A stretch of DNA of 64,000 nt from Woeseia sp. (GTDB taxonomy: Bacteria > Pseudomonadota > Gammaproteobacteria > Steroidobacterales > Woeseiaceae), in assembly GCA_037968755.1 (NCBI GenBank), contig JBBKWB010000020.1, positions 2,228 to 66,227 on the forward strand. The letters run 5' to 3'. Below, piece by piece: positions 9,956 to 17,584 of this stretch. The notes under the pieces were generated by a model. It was not told where the DNA came from and ran no database searches. It saw nothing but the letters and a program-made list of their open reading frames with translations. Numbering within the stretch: the stretch's first letter is position 1; each line of letters starts with the position of its first letter. A program made the translations under genes and the position numbers.

Positions 9956-10989
9956 AACGCTACCGCATACTGCTCATGGTGCACGAGCAACTCGTTCCTC
10001 CAAAAGACATCGAAGGACTGAGTGAGAAGGAAATAGATGCTTTCAGAAGCGAGTACAACGTCTACTCGACATTGTGCAATCTCGGTTACGACGTACGCGT
10101 CGTCGGCATCCTGGATCGCTTGTCCGAGCTGCGCGACATTGTGAGGAACTGGAAGCCACACGTCGTCTTTAACATGCTGGACGAGTTTCACGGCATCCCA
10201 GCCTACGAGCAGTATGTCGTCGCCTACCTTGAGATGATTCGCCAGCGCTACACCGGCTGCAATCCACGCGGCCTGTTGCTGTCGCGGGACAAGGTATTGA
10301 CGAAGCAGGTGCTGGCCGCGCACCGCATTGCAACTCCTGCCTTTCACCTGTTTCCGTATGGCGCCCGGTTCAAGGCACCGAGAAAAGGCAAGCTCGAGTT
10401 TCCGCTGTTTGTAAAGTCGGCAACCGAAGATGCGTCGCTGGGCATTGCGCAGGCGTCGATTGTTGACGATATGAACAAGCTTCGCGAACGCGTGGAGTTT
10501 ATTCATGAGAATGTGCAAAGCGATGCATTGGTGGAAGAATACATTGACGGGCGCGAACTCTACATTGGCGTGCTGGGCAACACGCGATTGACAACCCTGC
10601 CGATCTGGGAACTTGACTTCGGCACGCTGGCCGAGAAGCAATCCGGCATCGCGACTCGAAGGGTCAAATGGGACCGCAGCTACCAGGAGAAGCACGGCAT
10701 CAAGACCGGACTTGCCGAAGGCTTGTCAAAAGCGGATACCGACAAACTTGCCCGTCTCGCAAAGCGCATCTTCCGGTCGCTGCACATGTGCGGCTTCGCT
10801 CGCCTGGATTTGCGTATGCGAAAAGACGGCAAGGTTTTTCTGCTGGAGGCCAACGCCAACCCGGATCTAACTCATGGTGAAGATCTGGCGGAGTCGGCTG
10901 CGTCGATCGGGATTAGCTACGACAAGCTGATCTCACGCATCGTCAATCTTGGCATTTCGTATATGCCGGAGTGGCGGTTGTATGAGTGA
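9952..10989 (+). CDS. ATP-grasp ligase of the D-alanine--D-alanine ligase family
   Basis: Motifs FPLFVKSATEDASLGI, EEYIDGRELYIGVLG and ARLDLRMRKDGKVFLLEANANP. Translationally coupled to the upstream peptidase gene. Confidence 0.8.
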   Translation: MKRYRILLMVHEQLVPPKDIEGLSEKEIDAFRSEYNVYSTLCNLGYDVRVVGILDRLSELRDIVRNWKPHVVFNMLDEFHGIPAYEQYVVAYLEMIRQRYTGCNPRGLLLSRDKVLTKQVLAAHRIATPAFHLFPYGARFKAPRKGKLEFPLFVKSATEDASLGIAQASIVDDMNKLRERVEFIHENVQSDALVEEYIDGRELYIGVLGNTRLTTLPIWELDFGTLAEKQSGIATRRVKWDRSYQEKHGIKTGLAEGLSKADTDKLARLAKRIFRSLHMCGFARLDLRMRKDGKVFLLEANANPDLTHGEDLAESAASIGISYDKLISRIVNLGISYMPEWRLYE

Positions 10990-11030
10990 GGTAGTGATTC
11001 CTGATCGAGAAGCACCTTGCGAGGAGCTCA

Positions 11031-11068
11031 GGGGTCAGAGAACATTTCTCAAAAAGTACTCTGACCCC
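11031..11068. repeat. single GGGGTCAGAG(A/T)AC hairpin unit of the same repeat family
   Basis: GGGGTCAGAGAAC, 12-nt loop, GTACTCTGACCCC. 13-bp stem with one mismatch. Confidence 0.75.
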
Positions 11069-11084
11069 AGCATCGCCGGTATCG

Positions 11085-11122
11085 TTTCGTACATGCCGGA
11101 GTGGCGGCTGTATGAATGATGT
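11085..11122 (+). repeat. orphan second copy of the last 38 nt (11 codons plus stop) of the ATP-grasp CDS
   Basis: 34/38 identical to 10955-10992. It still reads SYMPEWRLYE-stop in frame, and the three differences inside codons are synonymous. Confidence 0.8.
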
Positions 11123-11288
11123 GACTATCTCCGCGAGCTGAGCGCTCAACGAAACTAACTTTCTCGAATGAAGAGACTATTGAAAGGGCCTCAAGAGGCA
11201 GCGGAACGATGGCCGACTGATCGGGGGAACTCCACTTCGCCGAAAACCGAATGCTTGGCCCCCTCGGGGCATCAGCCTTGGTTACCTG

Positions 11289-11882
11289 TCAGCCTTCGTC
11301 GTAATGCCGCACCCGATAGTTTATTTGCGCATAGTCGACATCAGGGCGCGATGAGAGTTCGTCGGCCAGTATCCTGGCTATGCTGTCAAAATCGGGCGCG
11401 ACCTCGACGCGCCCATCTCCGCGCATCGTACCTGTTGTGGGTAGTCGATCATCATTGACCGTACGCGCAAGAAAGCGGCTTAGATCACCGCCCGGATCGC
11501 TATCAATGTTGATAACGACGACCTTTTTTTCGTCGTCAACATGCACCTCATCAATTTGCACCGACTCACGGCAGCGATCCGCGATTATGCGAAGCGTTTG
11601 CTCGACCTGAAGTTCGACGATAATTTCGCGTCCTGACGTCAGTCTCGAATACACGAATGGTACTCCGAGCTCTGCCGATAGAGTCGCTACATCCCGGCTT
11701 AGCGTTTCGGCGACGACAGCATCGTCGATTGCGCGCACGACAATGCCGGCCATCGCATGACGATCTGAGAATTTAACGATGATCTCAGGTCCGTCGTTGC
11801 CGGTGCCGCGTCGATCTGCATAGGTACAGCTGAGCACAAGTACGCAGGTCATAGTGAGCAGACTTTTGGCGAAATTCCGCAT
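11289..11882 (-). CDS. lipoprotein resembling a free-standing subtilase propeptide (inhibitor I9-like)
   Basis: Start set at Met35 (MRNFAKSLLTMTCVLVLSC, lipobox). EIIVKFSD and RPDVDYAQINYRVRHY parallel GQIIVKYKT and QPDVEYAQLNYVAHI in the propeptide of the adjacent S8 protease. Lies 2 nt after the exosortase stop. Confidence 0.5.
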   Translation of the reverse strand: MRNFAKSLLTMTCVLVLSCTYADRRGTGNDGPEIIVKFSDRHAMAGIVVRAIDDAVVAETLSRDVATLSAELGVPFVYSRLTSGREIIVELQVEQTLRIIADRCRESVQIDEVHVDDEKKVVVINIDSDPGGDLSRFLARTVNDDRLPTTGTMRGDGRVEVAPDFDSIARILADELSSRPDVDYAQINYRVRHYDEG

Positions 11883-11884
11883 CG

Positions 11885-12403
11885 TCAAGGTCGCGCTTTC
11901 AGGCGCACTGGATTCACGGCTCTCGCAATCCAGTAGCCGGCAATCAGTGCTGTCGCGGCGATGACGACACCCTGACCCAACCACTCGTGTGAGACCACAA
12001 AATATCCCGGTGCGACAACACCAATCGAGAACAATGCGATGACACGCAGCAAATTGATCAGCGTCAGCAATACCGCACCACTCAGTAGACCGAGCACTCG
12101 AGTACGTCGCCGCAGCGGTATGCCGAACGTCATCACGGCGCCCAGAAAAACGACCGGTAATATCGGCGTACAGCCATGGCTAACAGCTGCACGAAACCCG
12201 CCTGCATGTGTCAGCAAGACCCCGTCGACTACAACTGGCATCCCTAGCGCATTTAGTGCGAAGGCAGCGACACGTGCCGTGATCTCCTGCAGAGGAAGGA
12301 CCAAGCCGCGCAAGGCGGTCGATCGTTCGAATGCGATGGCGACCCCGACGGAGAGAAGCAAGGCTGCCGCCAGGCGCAAGTGCCTTGAGTCTATCCGAAT
12401 CAT
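11885..12403 (-). CDS. mini exosortase/archaeosortase-family transpeptidase (XrtH-like size)
   Basis: 172 aa, polytopic. Ordered Cys (VSHGCTPI), Arg (NLLRV) and His (SHEWLG) match the exosortase catalytic arrangement. GAGGAA Shine-Dalgarno sequence upstream. Confidence 0.65.
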   Translation of the reverse strand: MIRIDSRHLRLAAALLLSVGVAIAFERSTALRGLVLPLQEITARVAAFALNALGMPVVVDGVLLTHAGGFRAAVSHGCTPILPVVFLGAVMTFGIPLRRRTRVLGLLSGAVLLTLINLLRVIALFSIGVVAPGYFVVSHEWLGQGVVIAATALIAGYWIARAVNPVRLKARP

Positions 12404-12415
12404 TTCCTCATCCCG

Positions 12416-14296
12416 TCACCTTCGTGCAACGCCGAGTCGTCTGAAACCGAAAAAGCCGATCAGCAGCGCGAGCATAAGCGCTGCGACAATCCCCATTGCG
12501 GGTACCACGCGGACGTCGACATTAACGGTCATTGTTTGCGTCTGACCCGGAATACTGACGGCAAGTTCCGTATCGCCTCGAGTGCCTGCCGATACCTGCA
12601 CCTGTACCTGGCCCATGCTATTTGTAACGGCTGATGCGGGCGATATCGTCGCTACGGCGTCATCGCTGGAGCGCAAACGGACAGTGATACCGTCGGCCGG
12701 GGCGCCGCCAAGCGTAACATTGACGTTGAGTGTCGCCGATTCCCCTTCGTCCAACTCAAACTCCGTGGGATTTACACTGATTGCCAACGTCGCTGGCGGT
12801 GTGCTTCCGCTGGCGTTGATATCTGCATTCAGCAGACCAGCGCCACACGGCAGCGGACACTGGGTGTTACTACGTGGAATGGCGTTGCTGACAATAAGAT
12901 TCTCGACCGCCTGCGGCGTAAGGCCTGGGTCTTGCGCCAGCAAGAGCGCTGCGACGCCGGCGACATGCGGAGCCGCCATCGACGTACCGTTGTAGTATGC
13001 GTAACCGCCATTGACCATGCTCAGGACGCCGTCCGGATTGCCGTCGTTGTCGTCGTCCGCGGTAACGTCTCCACCAGGCGCCATGATATCGACGACATTG
13101 CCGAAATTGGAGTAGCGGCGCACCAGCTCACCGTTGAAGTCGCTTGCGGCTACGGTAATAACATTGTTGCAGCTGGCTGGAAACGAGTTCTGCGCGTCGC
13201 TGGCCTCATTGCCGGCGGCAACGACGACGGTAACACCCGCGGCGACGACGTCATCGATCGCGGCTTGTGTCGATGGCGATGCGGAGCACGGTGCCCCTGC
13301 GCCGAGACTCATGTTGATTACCTTGGCCGGGTGCTGATTCTGCGGCGTGCCGGGCACGGCCAGGCCCGCCGACCAGCGAATGGCGTCGTTGATATCAGCA
13401 ATGCTTCCGCCGCATCGGCCGAGCGCACGCAACGGCACGACACGACTGTTCCAATTTACGCCGGCAATGCCGGCGCCATTATCCGTGCGACCGACGCCCA
13501 CCGTTCCGGCAACGTGGGTGCCATGCCAGCTATCCGGCGATGGCCGCGAACCCGGGCCGCAATCACCGGGGCCTACGGCATCGCCAGAATCCGTCGGATC
13601 ATTGTCTCTGCCGTCGCCATCGTTGGCTGTGAAGTTGTCGGTGATCATGTCAAAACCGTCCAGCAAGTTTTGCGAACCGGTGATGTCGGGATGATTCGGC
13701 AGGATGCCCGTATCAATCACAGCGACCACGGACGTAGTAGCACCGGTCGTACGGTCCCATGCGTCAGGCAAGTTGATACCGCCGGGCGATTCGTCATTGC
13801 CGTTGCCGTTGTTGCGATAGTGCCACTGTTGAGGATAGCCCGGATCGTTTGGTATGCGCACAATGTGCGCGACGTAGTTCAATTGCGCGTACTCGACATC
13901 CGGCTGACCCTGCATGCGTTCGACCGCCGATTCGGCCTGCTCTGACATGTTTCGCACGGACATCGAGCGACTACGCGCTGGCGACAGCGCGTAGATGTAC
14001 TCACCACCACCGGTAACACGCAGGTGCTCTGAAAATCCCATCGTGCCGAGGCGCGGGTCATCGCCGCGTGGCGTTGTTTTGTATTTGACGATGATCTGCC
14101 CTGGTACCCACCGCAAAGCGTCTGTTGCGACTAATGCATCGGACACATCGACGCCGCTTTGGATGTCGATCCCATCGTCCTGCGCGAAACTCCTGGTGCC
14201 GGGCGCGACGAAAAGAACGATCGCAAGCCCCACAACTCCTGATCCTGCAATTCGATTGCTCATTTTGCTCCTCCAGGTAAAGTGACTGATCTGCAC
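12416..14296 (-). CDS. secreted subtilisin-like serine protease (S8) with Ig-like domain and C-terminal exosortase-type sorting tail
   Basis: Triad motifs VAVIDTGI, HGTHVAGT and GTSMAAPHVAG. N-terminal signal plus propeptide. The C-terminus VPAMGIVAALMLALLIGFFGFRRLGVARR is motif, TM helix and Arg cluster. Confidence 0.9.
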   Translation of the reverse strand: MQISHFTWRSKMSNRIAGSGVVGLAIVLFVAPGTRSFAQDDGIDIQSGVDVSDALVATDALRWVPGQIIVKYKTTPRGDDPRLGTMGFSEHLRVTGGGEYIYALSPARSRSMSVRNMSEQAESAVERMQGQPDVEYAQLNYVAHIVRIPNDPGYPQQWHYRNNGNGNDESPGGINLPDAWDRTTGATTSVVAVIDTGILPNHPDITGSQNLLDGFDMITDNFTANDGDGRDNDPTDSGDAVGPGDCGPGSRPSPDSWHGTHVAGTVGVGRTDNGAGIAGVNWNSRVVPLRALGRCGGSIADINDAIRWSAGLAVPGTPQNQHPAKVINMSLGAGAPCSASPSTQAAIDDVVAAGVTVVVAAGNEASDAQNSFPASCNNVITVAASDFNGELVRRYSNFGNVVDIMAPGGDVTADDDNDGNPDGVLSMVNGGYAYYNGTSMAAPHVAGVAALLLAQDPGLTPQAVENLIVSNAIPRSNTQCPLPCGAGLLNADINASGSTPPATLAISVNPTEFELDEGESATLNVNVTLGGAPADGITVRLRSSDDAVATISPASAVTNSMGQVQVQVSAGTRGDTELAVSIPGQTQTMTVNVDVRVVPAMGIVAALMLALLIGFFGFRRLGVARR

Positions 14297-14308
14297 AAAC
14301 CTCGATTG

Positions 14309-15529
14309 TCAAAACTCCTTGCGCAGACCAAGTGCAATACCGTTGGTATCAAGAAAGCGATGGGCTGCTATGCCGCGGTACTCGAGCATAAACTGCCAGC
14401 CGTTTTGCACAATAAATGTTGTGCTGACATTGAATTCAAGAAAGTCGCGATCAGGAACTTCCGTTTGATATGAGAATCGCTGCGACCGGCTATCTTCTAC
14501 AAAACTGGCGTCAATGCTACGCTGGTCCTGATCAGTCTCATGCCGGTACAGAATATTTTGCTCAAATAGTACGACACCAAACCGTGTGCTGATTGCGGCT
14601 GAGCCCGCTAACCCTGCCGAAAACTGGCTTGACGTTTCCTCGTTATCAAAAAACGTAAGTGCTAGCCCGCTATCGTCGACCTCGTTGTACGTGTCGTAGC
14701 CGATTTCGCTCCAGTCGTAGGCCATGCGCGGCCCAAGCGTGACATTGTCCCAGACCCAGTCGTAGGAAAACTTGATGCCGGCCAGTATCTGCCCCGCGTT
14801 GAAGTCAGCCGTTGGTGCGCCGACGCGTGTGAACACGTCTCCAGTGTCAATGGTTTCGGTAAAAGTCGCCCGCCGGGTACGCTCGTTGGTGTGGTCGGCA
14901 TAGCCAGCATAAAAGTCGACGGCGCCGTTGTCGCCGAGCAGATAGGCGCCGTAAAAGGTAAGACCGATGGTCGTGTTTTCGAAATCGCCGCCATCAGTGA
15001 AATCACCGTCTTGCGTTGCGCCATCAACAGCGGCGCCCAGCAACCACCGGCCGCCGGCGATGACGTCGAAGCCTGCCGCGACACGCAGAACATCCGATGC
15101 ATAGCCGTCCTCGAAAGGCGACGGAATACGTTTGACTGCATCATGACCGACGGTGAAGAACAAACCGCGTTGCGGCGAAGATGCTGGATCCATCGGATCC
15201 TCTTTTTCCAGCCGAGCATCGACAGCGGCCGGTGCGGAGGGCGGCGTTGCGGCAAAACCGCCGCCAACCGACGAGGGTGGCACGCCTCCCATGTTGGTCG
15301 GGCGGCTACAGATCTCCGATAGTCCAGCCGTGCCAAGCACGGACACCGGGTCACCGGATAACAGTACAGCGCACGGCGTCTGGCTTTCATCGGCCGCGAG
15401 TTGCGTGACAACCGCCGTGTTCAGGTTCTGCGCATTGACCGCTGTAAACATTGTGAGCAGGCAAGCACCTGCCGCTATCATTCTCCGCAACGCTTTGTCT
15501 AGCAAACGCATAAGTGTGTTCATTTCCAT
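14309..15529 (-). CDS. outer-membrane beta-barrel protein (autotransporter-barrel-like, short passenger)
   Basis: Signal peptide ending TAVNAQ. Alternating amphipathic strands. C-terminal LGLRKEF ends in an aromatic residue. Start set at an ATG (15529 or 15523) rather than GTG 15550. Confidence 0.6.
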   Translation of the reverse strand: MEMNTLMRLLDKALRRMIAAGACLLTMFTAVNAQNLNTAVVTQLAADESQTPCAVLLSGDPVSVLGTAGLSEICSRPTNMGGVPPSSVGGGFAATPPSAPAAVDARLEKEDPMDPASSPQRGLFFTVGHDAVKRIPSPFEDGYASDVLRVAAGFDVIAGGRWLLGAAVDGATQDGDFTDGGDFENTTIGLTFYGAYLLGDNGAVDFYAGYADHTNERTRRATFTETIDTGDVFTRVGAPTADFNAGQILAGIKFSYDWVWDNVTLGPRMAYDWSEIGYDTYNEVDDSGLALTFFDNEETSSQFSAGLAGSAAISTRFGVVLFEQNILYRHETDQDQRSIDASFVEDSRSQRFSYQTEVPDRDFLEFNVSTTFIVQNGWQFMLEYRGIAAHRFLDTNGIALGLRKEF

Positions 15530-15546
15530 TGCTCCTGTAATCGTGA

Positions 15547-17271
15547 TCACCGCGGCACAAGGAAAAACTCGCCGAACTCGTGACCTGCGAGATTGATTGG
15601 TGCGTAGACCGGAACCTGTTCAAACCGGTCGCGGTCGAATGCGGCCTGAGCGACGTTCGAACGAATCTGCAATAGCAATTGCTGGCCATCGATGACCCCG
15701 CTATTCGAGCGCAGGGCATCGATAAGCGCATTCGCAAATACAGAATGACCGCCGCGTCCGCTGTCGAGCACGGGCATCAGCCCGCCCGATGTCAATGCCG
15801 TGCGCGAGCGCCTCTTGTTCAACGCGATGAAGTCCGCGGTAAGTTGCGCTGGCGTCTGCCCGGAGCGCAGCGTGGTTGCAGTAGTGCGCGTCAGCGACCC
15901 GGAATAGCAGGAATCAGCGATAACCAGAATGTGGCGAGCAGCCATGATGTTGAGTTGATCGGTCAGTGACGTATTCGAAATCCAGTTACTGCTGTCGTCG
16001 GGCGCCGCGTCGACCGGCAGCCAGTGACCACGATCATTTTTCTCATCAAGCGTGCCGTGACCGGCGTAATAGATCAGCAGGTTGTCGTTGTCCGTTAGGT
16101 TCTTGCGAAGGTCATTGAGTTCTCGCATGATCTCGCCGCGATCAGCGTTTTCCAGATGCCTGACATTGAAGCCGTAGCGCTCACGCAGGACCTCGGCGAC
16201 AACACGCGCGTCTTTGACCGCGCTGACGAGCGGGTTCATATTCTGGTAGTCGTTGATGCCGATCACGAGTGCGTGGAATCTGCCGAGCTCGGCACCAATT
16301 TGCTGTGGATCTCGGCCGTCGGGCTGCAGCACGAACACTCGCTGACCACGTCTCCCAAGCTCGTCAACAGCGACCACCGACACTCTCGACCCTTCCTCCC
16401 TGACCGGAACGCGCGTCTGAAACAGACCGTTGGGTTCGAACACCACCGCCGTGTCGTTAACGGTGATCGCGCGTAGCTGGGAGCTTGCCCGGACTTTGCC
16501 AATGATCAGACGTTCCGTTACGGCGGAGGCAACCGTCGCCACCGCGACGCCTCTCGTTTGCGGCACTTGCGGATCAATCATGTCGATGACGGGCCCGTCC
16601 GCGTCGCTGCTGGCATCCGGTAGTGATGCGGGTTGCAATCCCGGTGTTTCCTGCAATGCCGGCAGGCCTGCCGCCTCCCGATACCAGGTCAGGGCTTTTT
16701 CTCGATCGGCCGGTACCCCACGGCCGGTCTCATACAACTTGCCAAGATTAAACTGTGCCGATGCGTTTCCCTGTTGCGCAGCAAGCTCGTACCAGTGCGC
16801 AGCAACGCCGAAGTCCGGATCAGTGCCGAGACCTTTTTCGAAGATCTCTCCGATGGTGTTTTGTGCCACTGCATCGCCCTGCTGTGCGCGCGAAAGCCAT
16901 ACCTCTTTTGCCGTTTGCAGATTGGCCCGGTCGTATTCTACGTATTCACCGCCACGAATCGCGCAGTCGCCCGCCGTAAGCCGCGCCGGTCGTCGAGGTC
17001 CAATAAATGAAAACCGGTTGCCGATTCGCTTGTGCTGACCAGGTAGCAAGCAATCGACGACCAACATTTCGTCAAAAGACGATTGCGCTGGCTGGGCCTG
17101 GCAGAGTGTCGGAACGATGAGCGCGAATAGCGTCAGCGTCGAGACCGTTCCGAGGAGACGAGCCCCGATCAGGGACAATAGGCCGGATCGCCGGGACCCG
17201 GTGTTCGGTCGTATGGTGCGCACCGTAATGCCCTCCACTGACAACCTGCAAATCCGCTGCATCGATACCAT
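15547..17271 (-). CDS. exported Sel1-repeat / caspase-like (peptidase C14) protein
   Basis: Signal-like N-terminus. Sel1 repeats (AQQGDAVAQNTIGEIFEKG, AAQQGNASAQFNLGKLYETG). Caspase dyad YYAGHG and ADSCYSG. Confidence 0.85.
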   Translation of the reverse strand: MVSMQRICRLSVEGITVRTIRPNTGSRRSGLLSLIGARLLGTVSTLTLFALIVPTLCQAQPAQSSFDEMLVVDCLLPGQHKRIGNRFSFIGPRRPARLTAGDCAIRGGEYVEYDRANLQTAKEVWLSRAQQGDAVAQNTIGEIFEKGLGTDPDFGVAAHWYELAAQQGNASAQFNLGKLYETGRGVPADREKALTWYREAAGLPALQETPGLQPASLPDASSDADGPVIDMIDPQVPQTRGVAVATVASAVTERLIIGKVRASSQLRAITVNDTAVVFEPNGLFQTRVPVREEGSRVSVVAVDELGRRGQRVFVLQPDGRDPQQIGAELGRFHALVIGINDYQNMNPLVSAVKDARVVAEVLRERYGFNVRHLENADRGEIMRELNDLRKNLTDNDNLLIYYAGHGTLDEKNDRGHWLPVDAAPDDSSNWISNTSLTDQLNIMAARHILVIADSCYSGSLTRTTATTLRSGQTPAQLTADFIALNKRRSRTALTSGGLMPVLDSGRGGHSVFANALIDALRSNSGVIDGQQLLLQIRSNVAQAAFDRDRFEQVPVYAPINLAGHEFGEFFLVPR

Positions 17272-17584
17272 CGAACTAAGGTCAGCGGATTTCAGGAAAC
17301 CTAGTAAATTTAGTCTGCTCTCCTCTTAAAGCGTGATTCTTGGTCGAATTCCATCAGACCTAAGCGATTCCGCCTCCGTAGTAGTGGGAAAATTCGACGC
17401 TGTCTGTGCGTCCGTGCTGCCGAGCGAGAAATCCCCAAGCGTTGCGATACTGTCGGGGGCTGCATCCGGATCAGTCTGGGTGTGAAAGTCTAGTCCTTTG
17501 TGCGAGGTATGCCAAATATGGTCACGTGCTGCCACCGGTTTCGCTATAATCGCACCTAGCCCAAAGTAGCCATCGACTTCCCCA

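Noticed and set aside
12932-13945. 337-aa plus-strand ORF inside the S8 protease gene. Similar antisense ORFs occur at 14662-15411, 16430-17038 and 52993-53667.
   Set aside because: The opposite strand carries unambiguous catalytic motifs (S8 triad, caspase dyad, NDH-2 Rossmann folds). These are GC-driven antisense open frames.
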